Shown here: one piece after another, positions 1 to 42,900 of the stretch
Layout of the letters: the number at the start of each line of letters is the position of its first letter
How positions within the stretch are numbered: the stretch's first letter is position 1
Assembly: GCA_043228905.1 (NCBI GenBank)
Contig: JBHGNT010000006.1
Coordinates: 16,678,001-16,742,000 of the forward strand
Direction: 5' to 3'
DNA: 64,000 nucleotides
Origin: Azolla caroliniana
Taxonomy: Eukaryota > Plantae > Polypodiophyta
Notes under the pieces: model-generated
Told to the model about the DNA's origin: nothing
Database searches by the model: none
What the model saw: only the letters and a program-made list of their open reading frames with translations
Made by a program: the position numbers and the translations under genes

Positions 1-1459
1 ATGATGCCGTTTGGAGTCCGAATTACTTCTATTCCTAGAAAGTAATGGAGCTCCTTCATATCCGTCATTTCGAATTGGCTAGAGAGGAGCTTCTTGATGT
101 CCTCAATATCCGCTAAATGCTCTCCTCCTATGACCAAATCATCCACATAAATGATGATAAATACCTGTCCTCTGGCGTCGCTCCGGATGAACAGAGAGTT
201 GTCAGACTTGGACATGTTGAAGCCGATTTAATGAAGATATTGCGTTATCTTCGAATGCCATGTTCGCGGTGCTTGCTTCAAGCCATAGAGAGGCTTTTTG
301 AGTCGGTAGACAGCAATTGGATGTGTAGTTGACACGAATCCAGGTGGTTGTACCATGTACACCTCTTCGTCTAACTATCCTTGTAGAAAGGTGTTCTTTA
401 TGTCCATTTGGTGGATGTGCCACCCTTTTGTTGTTGCAAGCGCAATCACGGTTCAAATTGTAGTCATCTTTCCTATCGGGCCAAAGTCTCTTCATAGTCG
501 ACACCATGCGTTTGCACAAACCCCTTTGCCACAAGCCAAGCCTTGTACCGATGGAAAATGCCGTCGGCATTATGCTTTATCTTGAAGATCCACCGGCATC
601 CAATTGCCTTTTGGTGGTTTGATGAAGGGACGAGATCCCATGTCTCGTTCTTGGAGAGTGCTTACATCTCCTCATCCATCGCTTTGACCCATCTAGGGTC
701 GTTGGGGGCTTCGGAATAGTTTTCTGGTTCTCGGACTGTCGACACCCTCATCATGAATGCTAATTGATATGCCATGTAGTCGTTGTAGCCGAATCGGCTA
801 ACTACGTTCTTTTCTCGGGTGGATCGATGTGGTTCTCTTGTTGGCCTCATGATGGGCACATCCAATCTACCAAACTCACTATTGGATAAGTGAGTAGATT
901 CATTTCCAACTGAGTCTTCGTACTCAAGCATTTTGGCCTTTCCTTTGTCCTGTTTCAGACTCAGTCGCGACGTGCTTTGCTCGTTTGGAGGCTCTTGTGG
1001 TCCACTCAACCTGGTTGAGATTAGAATTTCCTCTAATGTGAACCTCGGTTGATCATCCTCCTCCACATCTGTGTCGAACTCGGTTTCCATTGTGTCGGAT
1101 GGAGATGATTCGACTATATACCAGTATGTTGACTCGTCGAATACTACATCCTTACTCACTCATACCTTCTTGGTGGAAGGGTTGAAGCAGTTATACCCTT
1201 TTTGCTCGAGTGAGTACCCTACGAGTATACATTTCTTTGACTTGAGATCGAGCTTCTGCTATAGGTTGTCGGGAATATGTACATATGTAATTGAACCAAA
1301 TATCCATAGCTCCAGTTTCTTCCCATAGAACTTTTCACAGGGGGCAACTTCGTGCACTCCTGATGTTGTGCAACGATTCATCAGATAAACGGCCATATTC
1401 ACTGCTTCAACCCAATATGACTTTGGCAAATGTTTCTCGTTCATCGTTGCCCTTTCCAC
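1..1459 (-). mobile_element. Degenerate Ty1/copia pol fragment (integrase C-terminal region and RT)
   Basis: Minus-strand ORF pieces: 'YWVEAVNMAVYLMNR..FGSITYVHIPD' (IN), 'KDVVFDES..REPENYSEAPNDPRWVKAMDEEM' (IN-RT linker), then frameshifted RT. Similar to the family-C copia at 52-56 kb. Confidence 0.85.
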
Positions 1460-1464
1460 CTCGA

Positions 1465-1745
1465 GTATTTCCTGATGGTGTCGAAATCCATCCAGTTTTT
1501 CATGGAAGTCGTCTAAAAGAATTGCTTGGTTCTGGCGATAGTATAGTTACAACTGAAACTCTAGTTACTTCTAAAGATTTAGCTTCTAAACCACATGTAC
1601 CAGAGAGAATTTTCAATGTTAAAACGAAACATTTGCATTCTAAAATATTCCGAGAATTTAAAATTAAATGGATGGATAAGTCTATAGAGATGCTACATGG
1701 GAATGAGAAAATACGCTTAAAACTAACTTCCCTAACTTTTCATTG
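1465..1745 (+). mobile_element. Gypsy (chromovirus-type) integrase C-terminus/chromodomain remnant
   Basis: 'IHPVFHGSRLKELLG...PERIFNVKTKHLHSKIFREFKIKWMDKSIE' matches the HPVFHVSxLK plus chromodomain pattern of chromovirus integrases. Confidence 0.65.
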
Positions 1746-1792
1746 CAAGAGTCTGACCATAAATATAAGGCCTAACTACCATTTTGATACAT

Positions 1793-2015
1793 TGTCGACT
1801 ACGTCGAGACTCCGACCTTGTGGTGATCAACTCTTGTAGCGAGCGCATCAGTACTAGGTACAGGTCGATGCCACGACGGTGGTATGGGACGCTGATAGAG
1901 GCTCTAGTCCATCTCGATCCCTTTGATCGGGGGTGGTCGGGTGGATTGGCACCCTTCTTTCTCTCTTGTTGATGGGTGGAATGGCTCCACCCCCCTATCA
2001 AGGGGTTGAACATGA

Positions 2016-2066
<51 letters not shown>

Positions 2067-2487
2067 ACACACACACACACACACAATTATTGAGAGGCAA
2101 AAAATACTGTTATCATTCATGTCCTCTACGGTGGGGTTATATAGGTACATTACATGAGGATCACAATCTAAGAACATCCAATGAGGCTTGTAGGTTAGTT
2201 ACATAACCTTCTAACAACCTAGGCCCACTTTACAACACTATTCCATTTTGCACACATTGACATAAATGTGCATGTGTTTACACATATTAATATAGTCACA
2301 CTTGCTCATGTGCACACTTGCACACACTTACAACATGATTTTTCATACAAAGACTTTACACTTATCTATCCACGTACCATCACTTATACAGTCATACACA
2401 TACAATCCCACGAATAACATATCTCTTCTCTATTTTCCTATCTTATATTTCCTTATCTTTTGCTTACATTAGAATAAAGCCCTAACA
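1793..2487 (-). mobile_element. Probable LTR (minus orientation) containing (GA)n(CA)n
   Basis: TG(1793)...CA(2487) ends; preceded by 'ttttgatacat', resembling a decayed reverse-complement Met-tRNA PBS (gctctgatacca); no partner LTR in the window. Confidence 0.4.
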
Positions 2488-4070
2488 ATAATAAGTTGTT
2501 GCATGGATGACTTATTTGATATTGGGTGTGCAAGGCATGTTGTCAGGATGAGCATGCGAAAAGTCATTTCATAATTCTAAGGCTAGTTCATTAGAACTTG
2601 TTTCTTTTGTGTTCTTTATGATATCGAAGGTAAACATTAGAAGTGTACTATCAAAATATGATAAATCAATCTTAGATGACGCAAGATCATTATTTGAACA
2701 AGGATGTAGATCAGTGAACATTGTTGACGTTGAGGATTGTATGCAACAAATGTTGGCTCTAACCTGTAGGTTAATGGGTTTTCGTGCCACTAGCAACAAC
2801 CAAAATGCTAGAAAGAGGTTCAGTAAGTCGGATGCAACAAATTCCTCAAAAAAGAGGAGTCATGCTCGAAATTTCGTAAAAACTTATGGACAACTCCCAA
2901 AACAAGACCAAAACACACACCTGAAGACAATAGAGAGTTGTTCGTCGTGCTAAGAGGTGGTTGCCAATATGTGAGACCACAAAGGTTTGATGTTTACATT
3001 GTGATGACTTGATATTGACTTCAAGGGACTAATGTTGATTGCTACAAAATTTGTCGTTGTATTTTGCCATCCAATAGACAAGAGCAATGACCTCAAACTT
3101 TTTGTTTAAGTTCGATGATTTTTGAAGTTTTTGGTGATTGAAGTTCTTTTTATCTAAAACACGGAGACTTTGATCTCTAAATATGTATGACTAAACTTTT
3201 TATATCTCTAAATCTAGGTTATTGGTCTCTCAAAATCTGACAATTTGACTATATGTAATATTTGGAGCTTTTGTCCTTTGGAATGCTTGATCTTTGAAGT
3301 TTTTGGTCTTTGCAAATGCTTGACCTTTGAGGTTTTAGGTCTCTGATTATGTGACATATTTTGCTAATTTTTTGGGTTGAAAATATTTTTGGTGGTTGAA
3401 ATTATAAAATCGTTTCAATCTGAAAATTTGGATTATTAGTCTCTCACGATCTTTGAAGTTTTTGGTGACTGAATATTTGTGATCTTTGAAGATACTAGTC
3501 CTCTCAAAAATTTGGGATGGGTTAGATGCAGGTAGGCGAGCCATGTTAGAATTAGGTAGACGAGTTACAAAATTGGGTCAGGTTAGCCGGGTTAGATGTC
3601 CTAGCCAGGTTACAAATTTCGGCCAAGTTGTAAGGGTGGGGGGATGGGTTATAAAAAATTCAGATGGGTCAGAAACATTGGACAATGTTAGACATGACAG
3701 AGGCAAGAACAAACCCAGGACAGACTTGATAGGCGTAGGGGCAAGGTTTGGTTACTTAGATATGATTGTTAGCTGCAACGTATGCAAGGACAGAGCCATG
3801 TTAGAAATGGGCGCAGCGTGCTTTTTTCGGATAATGATCCGATGGTTCAAATTTGATAGGATTATCGAAACATGACCTGCACCGTCCGTCGTGACCGAGA
3901 TTCCCTCACCAGCCCAACCCCTATTCTATTTATACCATTTGGTTGCGCAAGCAAAACCTCTTGTCTCTCAAAACTAAGTTTACATACATATGTGGCTCAA
4001 AACCACAACTCTCTCAAAGCTTTGTTTGCTTCTTAAGACGAATATAAACAAACATACAAACACGCTCCTC

Positions 4071-4130
<60 letters not shown>

Positions 4131-4132
4131 CA

Positions 4133-6047
4133 ATGGTGACTGTCGCTTTCGATGGATTACCTACATTGGCAGTTGTGTCTCTGAGGGGTCCTCACGTCAC
4201 TGGGAGGAGTTGTCACGTGACGTCACTTTCTGCAGCATCTTCTTCTTCTTCTCATTGGAAGCAAGTGATTGATCCCAAATCTGCACAGGTGTATCCTTGT
4301 TCTTCTGTATTTATACTCTCCTGTACCAGGAAAAATTACAAAGGTTGACCCGCAGAATCTATGCCAGCATCAACTTTTTTCTCCATATTTTGTTTATCAT
4401 TTGTTTTTCTCTCTCTCTATCTTTACTTATTTTTTTCTCCTTGTTTCATTCAGCCGTATTATTGGAACACTGAAACGAACAAGACGAGTTGGGAGATTCC
4501 TGAAGGTTGGATGCAGGAAAAATGTGATGACGATGATGACAGTGCCAAATTGCAAGAATCAACCAAGGTAAATAAAAGCCATTTGTGGTTATGCTTATTT
4601 CTGCCATAATTTCTACCTATTTCATGCATGTGAAAGAAAACATGCTCAGTTTCTTAAGTGTTCAGATCACCGCAAAATCTAGGTTAGAGAGATTCACATC
4701 CCCATCAGTGTTCCAGAATAAAGGTGTTGATTTATAGAACTCCATTGGTTGGAAAATTATAGTTTAAAGGGAACCACGATCTTGTAATAGAGATATACTA
4801 GCAAAGTCCTATAAGCATATGCCGAAGGTTTTCAAAGGGTGTTTGATTAGATTATTAGCTTCCGAACGACATCTAAAAGACCAGACTGAGCATATTGTGA
4901 GGATTGAACTTTGCTTCTCTCAATTTTATAGCTTTAAACCACCATGCGAATGAAGGTTGAAAGGAAATTATGTGTCTTTGTTTTTATGCTTATTTGAGGT
5001 CTTTTAAGCTTATGAAAGGACCGTATAAAACTAAACTTCGGGGTAATTTTTTTTTTACTAATCAGCCAAGTAGAATATGATAGAGAACTATGCAAATATT
5101 TTTGTACATCTCTTAAATACATTGGCAACTCCGAAGACCAACTGACATGTTAGTAACCACGGAAACATTTTTTGGAAACAGGGATCATTATAAATTTAGT
5201 ATACAGCAAACTCAAATATAGTTGTGATGTACTTAAAGCATAGTCAGCTAGTAATGCTAAATTAGTATTTCACACAAAGGAAGACCAGAAAATGTTAAAA
5301 GAAACATGACGAAAGAAGGGGTTGGATCATTTCGCACACCATAGAGCATGTGAAAAAGGTCAATTGACATGATATTCATCTCATCTTAACAAATTGAGAC
5401 TGCTAAAACTTGCTGATGTAAACTTTAGATTGAGATGGTTTAGTTTTTAGTTTGGAAGATACAATTATGGCATACTTTGATTGATATTCCTACGACATAA
5501 TTTTTCTCTACATAAGATAACTAGCAAATTAAGAAGATCGATGCATTGTTAGTTATATCAAATATCGTGTACTTTTTTCTAGTATAGATAGGTAATGTGT
5601 TTGTAGTGATATCAAAATATCTTGGTTGTCTTTTTCTATCATTGCTGCAGCTACCTTTAGAGGAACTCACTAGCGTATTACTTAAAGCTGTTGCCGGGGA
5701 CTCATCTAGATTTGGAGATGTGGCTAATCAATATAGGTCAGCAACCTTTATCAAAACAATTAGTGATGAACGAAATCCTTGGGAGCTCAAAATTTGATGT
5801 ATTGCTCTCTTGTGTAGGCCACAATGTTTCGACAATCAATATTTTGATTATCTAACCAACATAATCAATTCAACACAAGATAATGACAAGAAGTTAGTAT
5901 ATCTACCAATGCTACTACTTGATTGTGTTAGCAATTGCATTTGCTTGCGTCTTATTTTTAACACATAGTGTGGCATGCAGGGAAGCATTTGAACGGTTGA
6001 GAGCTAGACTTGCAAACCCACTTTTAAAAAACCCACCTCCATACTAA
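4133..6047 (+). CDS. Small WW-domain protein, 165 aa, 5 exons (4133-4288, 4454-4567, 5651-5736, 5818-5892, 5981-6047)
   Basis: All introns GT-AG with compatible phases; spliced CDS is 498 nt, ATG to TAA. WW consensus HWKQVIDPKSAQ|PYYWNTETNKTSWEIP spans exons 1-2. Ser-rich N-terminus; C-terminus ...RLANPLLKNPPPY*. Confidence 0.85.
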
Positions 6048-6259
6048 ATCGTTACCCTATTACAAGTTGCCGATAAAACGTTGATGTAGAGTTAGTATTT
6101 TGCCTGATTGAATAACATAATTACTTACGGTATAATATTGTATTAAGGGTCTTGACTGTGGTATTTATGCCTAACAAGATTCTAATGTCTTAAGGTGCAC
6201 TACTGTAGTAAAGGCCTTGAGGGTTCGTTATTGTAATATGTTTGAATGCAGATGCATGT

Positions 6260-6395
6260 AGTAGCTGAAAGCTTTTGCATTATCTAAGAGTAATCATCTA
6301 CAACCACTAATATTGATGAAACATGAAAGTAGCTGAAAGCTTTTGCATCATCTAAGAGTAATCATCTACAACCACTAATATTGATGAAGCATGAA
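6260..6395. repeat. Two-copy 68-bp tandem duplication downstream of the WW gene
   Basis: agtagctgaaagcttttgcat...ttgatgaa(a/g)catgaaa at 6260 and 6328. Confidence 0.85.
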
Positions 6396-7834
6396 AAAAC
6401 AATATCAGGGTTTTGAATAACTGTTTGTTTATGTTTATTGGTATAAGGCAACAAATATAGATGCACAAGGCAACCTATGTGTTTCTAATCATAGTAAATG
6501 CCAACTCTGTATTGAAAGGCACAAGTATTTCATCACTACCATCAACATTTGATCTTTGTGTGTTATTAATGGTGGTAAATGCCAAAGTTGTATAAAATGA
6601 AATCTACTATAGAAACCTCTCCAAGACTGTACCAATGAAATTCACTGAGAGATCTGTGTTCAAGAAACCATTTCTGAAATGAAATGTCGATAAACCCAGA
6701 GCAATGCGGACTAGGTAATCAGTGTGATTTATTGTACACAATAAGCAATGGTCTTGGTTTTAAAAGAGAAAGGGTTGAGGCAATGATACATGAACACCAT
6801 ACAATAGTTTAACAGCAATTCAATTACTACCTACATACTATAATTGATATAATTTAGGGAAGGGATAGTTTTGGTTTCAAAAGAGGAAGAGTTGAAGCAA
6901 TGGTACAGACGCTGAACAATAATTTAACAGCAATCCAAATACTATTTACTGTAATTTATATAATTAAGAAATGCAGAATGTAGAAGAAATCACTGACAAA
7001 CTACGAATTTACTAAAATTTCTAAGACCAGCATATGTCCAGCCACTTATCACTGGTTGAGGTATCACCATCGTTGCGTTTGATTATTTTGCTTCAGTCAG
7101 ATGAGTCATTTTTATGCCTTTGATGTACTAAAGAAATGATAATAAATATGAGCAAAAGATACTCTGCTCTTTTCAAAATACTTCATTAAGAATGCACAAC
7201 GAAAAAAATGGGCATGGTCAAATTATTGACATCAAGATTCTCATGCTACATTAGAATCAGATAAAGCATAGTACAGATTGGTCAGTATTCAGGACAAAGT
7301 GAAAGTTACGAACAATTCTCTGGCTCCCAATCCATACAAGTCTTATTCACCAAAAAAAAAATGATAAGACATGAGGCATCATCATACAGATAATCAATAA
7401 GAAGGATGTACATGTTGATTAATTCCAAACTCAACAATACATATGTTGAAGTTGCAACTGACACCAAGATAACCAAATGTATCGGAGTGAATCATGTGCC
7501 GCATACTCTGTAGAGTTTCTCTTGTGAAATCACATGAAGCCTTATTGCTTTAGATAACCTTCAAGTAACAATGAGAAAAAGTCAAAATTCCATGTCACTT
7601 TCTTGACTTAGGGTAACAGATTTTAGAAACACTTTTGAGTAGACAAAAAATGAGGGCAATCCAGCTCCATGATCCAGTTGAGCCACTACATTGAACAACC
7701 TCAATTTCAGATTCGAAGAGATGTTTGAGAAAAGTAATTGGCAAGATTCAATTTCAGTTCATTTTATACCTCTAAGTGGCAATAGGATATCCATCAACAA
7801 TAATCATGATTCGCCTTCAGGCAACCACATTCTC

Positions 7835-37065
<29,231 letters not shown>

Positions 37066-37899
37066 AAAAGCAAATACACACACACACACACACACACACA
37101 CGGGGCTCTCAGGAGGAGTTCATTCCAGGGGCGGCAGGGGACTTCATCGTCCTTTCCCTTCCTCCTCTTCCTCCTACACAGACAGACAGAACAGACAGAC
37201 AGAGAACAGAGTCCTCTTCTCCGGTCTCCGTTTGGTTATTGGTACCACGTATGTATGTACATATAGATTCCCAAATACAAATTACAATACAATAGATACA
37301 AATTACAACACAGCACTGCAGTGCGTGAGGGACTCGAGTGGGGGGGTAAGTATGTATGTATCTCACTCGAGTGGGGGGGGTAAGTATGTATGTATCTGAT
37401 CCAATCAGGTCTGGTCCGGTCCGAACCCAGAGCATGAACATAATACATACGTTAATACTCTTCTTCAGAGCATGGACCCTCGTTGGTGTACGAATCGGCA
37501 CACTCGCATTGCTACTGTAGAGAGCTTGCCTTGCAGCCCTCACATGTCGAAGATGCCCATCGCGTGTCATGTGTTTTGAATGAAGAACCTTAAGAAGCCC
37601 ATTGAGAGAAAGATCAACTCAAATTTGTCACAAGATGATGAATATGTAAAATTGGTAGTTGCCTCCCAATCGAGTGGTCGGACAAAATCAACTTCACTAA
37701 CTAGAAGTTCACGATGGATGAATCATCTCCTTTTGATACACTGATATTAGGAGTGCATTGATGAAGGTTTGGTGGAAATGCTAGATAAATCAGATGGTTG
37801 AGTAGTCATGTCAGAAGTAAGATTTGCCTCATGTATTGATGAACCTAGAATGGTCCAAGTCAAGTCAAACTTCATAGACAAATACCTTGACATCTATGA

Positions 37900-39770
37900 T
37901 CTTGACATCCTCTCATTTCTTAACACTATTGCAACTCCTACAAGTTATATCTACCAAAGACCTTTGAGTTAGAGCATATGGACGTAAAGGCAAAAATTTT
38001 ACATGGAGATCTATACTAAGATATTTACATGAGTCAATCATCGAGCTTCATGGTGACGGGGAGGATGATCAACAACTCATGTGTTGACTCAAGAAGAGTC
38101 GATGGGTTCTAAAGCAAGCTCTAAGAAGAGTGATACAAGAAATTTGACTATCAAAAGCACTTCCTTATATACCATTGATCCAACTCCAATCCATATATGT
38201 ACAAAAGTACCATAACAATAGGTCACCTATATACCGCAATCTATATGTGGATGGCATGCTCATTGTAGGAAAGAATAATGATGTGATTGCAGAGCTAGAG
38301 AAGAAACTTCACAAAAGAATCTCAAGGAGCTCAAGGAATCTCAACAAATATTTGACATGATGATAGAGAAAGATGTATAAAAATGGATCCTTCAACTCTC
38401 ATATCGAATATGTTAGGACAGTGCTAAAGAATTTCAATATGTATGCAACAAAACAAGCACCAATTCACTCAAGATGTCTATCCTTCTAACAAGTGAGCAC
38501 ACTCCTCATGACGTCCATCCTTCTAACAAGCGAGCACACTTCCAAAACATAGGGAGAGAGGGAGAGGGGGAGGGAGAGGGAGAGAGAGATTACAAGATAT
38601 ACCATTGTTGCAAGGATCTTTGCCATTGAAAACAAATTTTGCACATTGGGTGGATTGGCGGTTACAAGATGGTACACACTTGTTACAAGTCACTACAAGT
38701 ATATTGTATCATCATGCGATGGCATCATTATCTTCGCTATCTCCTAATGTAGCGAAGTTGTGGAATGTATGTAAGTCAGATGCAAGGTGGTGGAAAAAAT
38801 TACAACGTGGTTGGCATTCCCATCTACCATTTCGTGCAAAGGTATTCATATGGAGAGTCATGATTGGTGAGCTCCCATTAGGTTCAGCCTTAAAGAGACG
38901 AGGACTAAAGTCTGCCACTTGTTTCTTTTGCACCATTCCATTGGAGGATAGTACACATAGGTTCATTATATGTCCTATAGCGTGTACCATTTGGAAGTAC
39001 TTATCAGACAATTGGCAAGTTTTAACTCATTGTTGTTTGAGACCTCAACAATGGGTTTTTTTCTCAATATGTTCAAAATGGTTCAAATGATGAGATGGAG
39101 ATATTGTTCCAATATTTACGTTATTGGGGTCTACAGCACAATTGGAATATGCGTAATGATTTCATGTTTGATAATAGACATGGGGTGAAAGCCTATATAA
39201 AGAAGCTGAAAGGTATTCTCATGTGGAATTTTTGGATGTCAGAGCATGTGGGGATCATTTCCTCAAATGCATATTCAGGTTTTTTAATAGCATTACAAGA
39301 CGTCCCTCTCCCTATATAGGCATATGATAGGTAGAGGAGACTAAGAAGTGTTATAACTAAGTGGATTTTACATACAATTAATATAATTGTGTGCTTTTAC
39401 CAAGAGAGAGAGAGTAGATGAAATAAAATGCCCCATGCATTGGTAATAAGAAGACTCATATACACGATGGTGGTGACCCGATGAAATCTAGCATGTCATA
39501 GGATTCACCAGCCATTACATATCAAAACGAGGGAAGAAGCATTGAGAAGAAATTAAGCACATCCTAGGATGTCTCAAAGGGATAGCGGACAAGAAGCTCA
39601 CATTTGGATTGACAAGATAAATCAATATTCATGTCTCCACCAAATCCTATTATGCAGACAAACCAAACAATTGGAAGTCAACATTGATTGTATGTTTGCA
39701 TATGCAAGAGTAGTTATCTTGTGGAGATCCAAACTCTAGGACTACACAACTCTATCAATGCTAGACGTTA
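37900..39770 (+). mobile_element. Highly decayed copia RT/RNase H relic, interrupted by a LINE
   Basis: Residual 'MDVKAKFLHGDL', 'LYVDGMLIVGKN' and RNase H-like segments in shifting frames. Confidence 0.6.
38590..39402 (+). mobile_element. 5'-truncated LINE (L1-like) 3' end with zf-RVT domain
   Basis: 'KVFIWRVMIGELPLGSALKRRG..CFFCTIPLEDSTHRFIICPIACTIW' followed by a W..W..RN motif; flanked by GA-rich tracts. Confidence 0.8.
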
Positions 39771-39888
39771 TTGTTGAACAAGTTTTGCGGATCTCAAAAA
39801 ACACAAGATCCAAGATGAGCTCAACCAGATCCTATTGTGAAAAAACAAAGGTGTGGAAGCGTTAGACAACCGGCCCAGCCGGATAGCA

Positions 39889-39928
<40 letters not shown>

Positions 39929-42900
39929 ATATGCAGGAGAGACAAAGACAGAGCAGAACAACTTAAATCTATTATAAAAACAATAATAGTTCTATGTACA
40001 TACAACGTGCTCAACAACACTATTTATACAAGTCCTAAGAGGACTGACAGAGGTACAGTGTACTTCAATGCTCACACGAGCGTTTAGCACTAACTACGAG
40101 ACATTAACTACCTAGTAGTCTAGGCTGCTACTAGGCTTCCGGTTACTGCTTGATCCGGCTAACCAGCTCCCCAGCTCACCGACTCACCAATCCGGCTCAT
40201 CTTTCCAGATGCCGATCCGGCTCAGGCTTATTCAGCCGATCTGGATCCGGTTGAGCTTGCCGCTCAACACTCCCCCTCAAGCTCAACTTGAGGTCGGATC
40301 GTAGTGTCAGTCTCCATGGCAGCCATTCCTTCCACCCGGCTCCTTCTGGCGTCACTCCGCCTTGCTCACACTCCTTGTCTGGTTTGGTCCCGTTTGCCGT
40401 GACCCTTCTGATTTTGCACACCTTGATCTCCTCGGTCGGCTTGTCTGCTCAATAGGCCCAATTCAGCTCCCTCGCTGCTATGACTTCGGCGCTTGCCGAT
40501 TCGCGGATTCCTTCGTGTTGGCGTCGACTTTCGTTGCCTTCCCGTCCTCTTGGCCTTGAATTGATCCAGTTCTTCTGAATCCTTCTGTTGAACCGAATCG
40601 GCTATCTCCAATTCGTTCCAACTCTTGTCCGAATCAGTCGCTCCCGATTTGTCTTCCAGTTCCAGACCCTTCACCACATCGGACCATGTCTGGGTCTTGG
40701 CCTTCTTCTTCTTGTCTCCCCCTTTGTTGGTTCTTCCCTCACCGGCGCAATCGACAGTTTCTTTGCCTTTGCCTGTTCTCCCCCTCAAGTGTGGCACGTC
40801 GAGATGTTGAACACCAAGCATTTCGGTGAAGTGCTGCAACTTGTCCGATCCGAGCGGTTTGGTGAAGATGTCGGCAACTTGCCGATCCATATGAACATAC
40901 TGAAGTTCGACTTCACCGCTCAGGACACGCTCACGCACTAAGTGGTGGTGCACTTCTATGTGCTTTGTGTGAGCATGGAATACGGGGTTCTTGGCGAGCT
41001 GCATGCTGCTTATGTTGTCGTAGTAGATCAGGATCGGGGTCGGCACCTCGATCCGCAGGTCTTGCAGCAGTCGCCGAAGCCAAATGGCTTCACAGGTGGC
41101 AACGGTAGCGCCCCGGTATTCAGCCTCAGTGCTCGAAAGGGCCACTGTTGGCTGCTTTTTGTTGCTCCACACAACAGTCGCGCTACCAAGGGAAAACATA
41201 TAACCGGAGGTGGATCGGCGATCTGATGCATCGCCGGCCCAGTCGGCATCAGTGTAGCCGACTAGCTCTTCGGTTATACCATGCCTGTATAACAATCCCC
41301 GGTTCTTCATGCCGCTCACATATCACAAAATTCAATGCACGCACAGAAGGTGCTCCATGGTCGGCTTCTACATGTATTGGTTGATCATGCCGACCGGATA
41401 ACTGATGTCGGGTCGGGTGATTGTCAAATATATAAGGCTTCCGACGATTTGTCGGAACCACTTCTCATCGTAGGCCAGTCCGGAGTTGGGACGGAGCTTC
41501 TAGTTCCGGTCCAAGGGTGTGGAGATCGGTCAACATTACATCATGCTGAACTTGTACGACATATTCAACACATAGTGTCTTTGTGAGAGCAATATGCCGT
41601 CGGGGGTTCGGATCACCTCGATCCCAAGGAAATAGTGAAGGTCCCCTAGGTCCTTCATCTCAAATGCGTTCGACAGCTGGGACTTGACTCGGCTGATTTC
41701 ATCGAGTCCGGGTCCGGTGATGACTAGATCATCAACATACAGCAAGATGCAAACCGGACCGTCCGGACCTTGCCGGATGAACAACGAAGAGCCGGACTTG
41801 GAGGCCTCAAACCCCATCTTACGCAACTGGTGCGTGATCTTCGCATTCCAAGCTCAGGGGGCTTGCTTTAGGCCATAAAGTGACTTCTTCAGCCGGCATA
41901 CCGCCGACTTGTTCATCTCCGACTGGAAACCGAGGGGTTGGGTCATAAAGACCTCTTCTTCAAGATCGCCTTGAAGAAATGCATTCTTCACGTCCATCTA
42001 GTGAAGATGCCACCCCCTTGTCGCAACAACCGCCAACACCACACGAACCGTCGCCATCTTCGCTAACGGAGCAAAGGTCTCGTCGTAGTCGATTCCGTGG
42101 GTTTGCGCGTATCCCTTCGCCACTAACCGGGCCTTGTACTGGTTAACCGAATTGTCGGCATTGTACTTTACCTTGTACACCCACTTACATCCGATCGGTT
42201 TACAATGTCGGGGAGGGTCAACTAGGTCCCATGTGTCGTTGGCATCAAGTGCCCGCATTTCTTCCTTCATAGCGGCACGCCAATTTGCGTCCTTTGCTGC
42301 TTCTGCGTAGCTCTCCGGCTCACACACTTCCACCACCTTGGTCATGTACGCATAATGATGCACCATGTACTCATTGCATAACGGGGTTCTTCAGGCGGGA
42401 AGACCGGCGTAACTTCGTATTACCCGGTTTGGGGCCCTTCTTGGTCAGGTCGGACTTCGCTCCCGAAGGTCCGCCTTCATCCTTTCCGGAGTCGGATTCG
42501 CTCCGATCCGACTCAACGTTGCCGGTTTCGTATCCCAACATCTTCTTCTTCCCCTTCTCTTTGCGCGTGAACCGTCTCCTCGGTTCCTTGCGCGGGGGAA
42601 TACGACAGAGTCTCCACTACTCACTGGTTCATCTTCCGACTAGTCTGTCTGACCCAGTCGCTTGTTCAGCCCGCTCAACCGAAATGATTCCGGACTCACA
42701 TCTAGAGTCTCAAAGTCTTCATCTTCTAACTAAACCGGTTTAGGATCACTAGCCTCATCCTTCGGTATCGGGCCAGGGTCGGAAGTCGGAGCCGATAAGG
42801 CATACCATGATGCCATCTCATCAAATTCAACATCCCGGCTAACTCGGACCTGCTTCGTCTGGGGGTTATAACACTTATACCCCTTTTGCTCATGCGAGTA

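Noticed and set aside
1732-2206. ORFs with SLSLSL / ERERER / THTHTH runs (also at 4072, 19156, 36992)
   Set aside because: Translations of (GA)n/(CA)n microsatellites; no domain content
2569-3900. ORFs 2609-2953 and 3486-3875 and degenerate 'tttgaagtttttggt' repeats
   Set aside because: No identifiable domain, splice structure or termini; probably decayed repeat DNA that I cannot classify
6750-6970. Diverged ~117-bp duplication (others at 13010-13330, 26778-26860, 37330-37395, 59730-59815)
   Set aside because: Ordinary local tandem duplications with no evidence of function
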